A stretch of 64,000 nucleotides of DNA from Raillietiella orientalis (lineage: Eukaryota): assembly GCA_036172245.1 (NCBI GenBank), contig JAYWIR010000021.1:2914001-2978000 (forward strand), read 5' to 3'. Under the pieces are notes generated by a model. That model made no database searches. It worked only from the letters and a program-made list of their open reading frames with translations, and was not told where the DNA came from. A program made the position numbers and the translations under genes. Shown here in pieces: positions 61,471 through 64,000 of this stretch (position 1 is the stretch's first letter; each line of letters starts with the position of its first letter).

Positions 61471-64000
61471 ACTAACCTCCGCTCAACTCCTAGTATCTTA
61501 TGTATTTCCTGATGAGGGCATGTCAGGCGCTCTCTACAATGCAGGAAACCTGGCATTCTTTCTTCCCCTCGCTCCCAAGGACATAGAACGGACTCACCAA
61601 TCAAGCAAGTTGGGTACCCTGGAAGATGGAGCAGACTCCTTATTTCTGTTATGCTTGCCTCTCATGAGATTCGAGTAGCCCAAACAAGGAAAAAAAAATT
61701 GGCAGCTGGAAGCACGATCCAGGAGTCAATAGATCGATGCGATCGTCTCCTGATGAGTTCTCTAAGGTCGTTCTCGGCAGGCACTCAGCCGGAGCCCGGG
61801 AATTCTTCGAGAGCCCTTCTTTGCACTGCAGAAGCAGCTGCCTTCTCATCCCCCGAGCTATTCAGAAACAGCAGTGCAGATTGGATTCAGAAACGCAAAC
61901 AGCTGATTCAAGGACCAGTTGTTTTCTCAGGACCTTGTTGCCGTTCTTGTTGTTTGCCTTTTATGACAAAGCAGTCCCATTTTGCGTTAAAACAGTACTA
62001 GAGGATCTCATTCGTGAGTGTAGAGTGGCTCTGAGAACGAAGTTCAGATCACGAGTCTCGTGCCTGGAATCTGTTTCGTTGGCGGAGATGTTAAAGCACA
62101 GTACCTTCAGCAGTTTATTCTTTCTTGAAAAAATAGCGTGCATCTTCCCTTTGATGCTTGGAAGAGGAAATCATTAAGGCATAACGGAAATTGAAAAAAA
62201 AAAACCTCGAAGGAGCAGTTGCCACGTGAAAAAACAGTGGTCTCTGGTCTCCATCCGTGATGATGCAAACCCCGGCAGTTCCTTGAACGGACCAACTAGA
62301 ATGCAAGGACTGGAGAATTTCCTATAAAAAGTCAGGCATCAAGAGTGGGGTCCCGGTTCTCCTCTTCCAGATGCAAGATGCTATGGGGAAACTGGATTCA
62401 GATGAGGAAAGCAATATTGGTTAGGCGACTGCTTGACTTCACAGCAGCTCAGCACCTATTGCGATTTACGAATGCTTCAGAATTCCCCCCAAAAGATGAA
62501 TGTGCCCCGAAATTCCTTGCAAAGAAACAGGATTTACCCTTCGGAGGTTCTTCCCGCTGATTCCGACTGCCAGCTCTGATTTTTGTTCTGAGCTCCCTTG
62601 AAACTCGCTACCAGGGTATCCGAAGCAGACTTGGGGAAAAGTTTTCTCTAGGCCTTCCCCAGTTATGAAGGGAGTGTGAAACAAACACGGGATCGTTTTA
62701 TCCAAGCTGCTGATTCGAATAACAGAATCTTCCACTTGGTTGTCTCCACAGAATTTTCCTAGGGAGCTCCAGAATCAAGAGATGAAGAAATCAACGGGAT
62801 CCAGTAAATAATCTCGAGATTCGTTGTTTTGAAAGATCCTCGTGATGCATTTGAAAGCTCTACGATTTTCTGTTTCATTTCTTTAATTTCAGGGTTTTTT
62901 TTTTTTTTCCTTCCTCTTTATTGCCATGATCGCCGAAGAAGGGAAACCTCAACGACAAAAGTGTATGCAAGGCATCGCTGAAAAATAGTGTTAAGAGGAC
63001 ATTTTGCTGATTGAAGAATGTTATAGGAAACAACGGAACTAGAAGAACAAGAACTAGAAGAACAGGTGTGAATGAAGGCAAAAAAATTTCAGTAAGAAGG
63101 AAGGTAGTTTCATCTCAGGATGCTGAAGAGCATGGCATCCTCTGAGGTGCAACGTGGTCGTACATGAGGAACAGTCAACCACTCATTACGCTTTTCATGT
63201 TACTGACACAAACCAGAATCGATGAATTTGCCGTTTTTGTGCATCCGATCAAATCACGCGTCGCCTTCAGAAAAGAAGGGGTGCATTTCTGCGTGAACCC
63301 CCTTTTTTTTGTTTTTTTCAGACTCAGCTTTAGTTTTTCAGTTTGAATCCATTCTATTTCATCATTAAAGGGTGAGCTTTTTGTTATTGCATTCACCCTC
63401 ATCATGTGACTAGTGGATGACCTGTTTCCTCTTAAAACATCTGACCCTGCAGAGACATCTCACAACAATATGCAAAAGGATATAAATTATACTGCTGTGT
63501 AATCCATCTACCAGCATCTCCCATTTCTTTATTCTCATCCCTGTACCATACTCAATTCTCAACTTGCTTCGGATCGACTTCGAAAATCCGTACTGCTTTT
63601 CCAATTTCCTCCTCAACTTGTTTCCGTGGCATGCGTTACCATGCGGCACTGCGATCGTTCTCATGGTTCTGTAACTGACCAAATTCCATTAGATCAAATC
63701 ATCTTGCACCTGAGTTCAGGGTTCCATGTGAACTGATCTTCTGCGCCAATACTTTTCCCTTCTTCATGCTTTGCGCGTTCCTACCTCATAGAAGAATCTT
63801 ACCTATAAGCCCATGTCTTCAAGAATCTATGAAGGATCAAAGATTGTCATATCGATTCTGTTTTAATGAATCAGTCCGAGTCTGTTGCTGGAAAGCAAGC
63901 AGACAGCTCCCATAAGAATATCATCAGGGTATTTGGGAAGAGCTGATTTTCATAACGTCTATAGTCTGGTGTTACTTGCTAAGAATCCAGCGACTCGACT

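Noticed and set aside
1..64000. CRISPR array, operons or prokaryotic defence systems
   Set aside because: There is no repeat-spacer array or dense intronless gene organisation. Spliceosomal introns and LINE/SINE content indicate a eukaryote.

Overview
This window is eukaryotic, animal-like genomic DNA (the gene family suggests an arthropod). It holds one convincing protein-coding gene: a spliced, two-Ig-domain, probably GPI-anchored Dpr/zig-8-like cell-surface protein on the + strand (five in-phase exons, 21837-24959; first exon uncertain). The rest is mostly transposon fossils: L1/Tx1-like LINE remnants with readable GVRQG, YADD and CCHC motifs, a piggyBac fossil, a MULE fragment, and weaker CR1-like, Ty3/gypsy-like, BEL-like and endonuclease-like traces. 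The most notable unexplained structure is a dispersed repeat family with six copies or fragments in 64 kb. It has a tRNA-His-like Pol III head, a long (about 0.7-0.9 kb) GC-rich body built from hairpins often capped by C(UNCG)G tetraloops, and an A-rich tail, so it looks like an unusually long, highly structured SINE-like RNA. Most ORFs in the supplied track are judged non-coding. All homology calls come from motifs recognised by eye; no searches were run.
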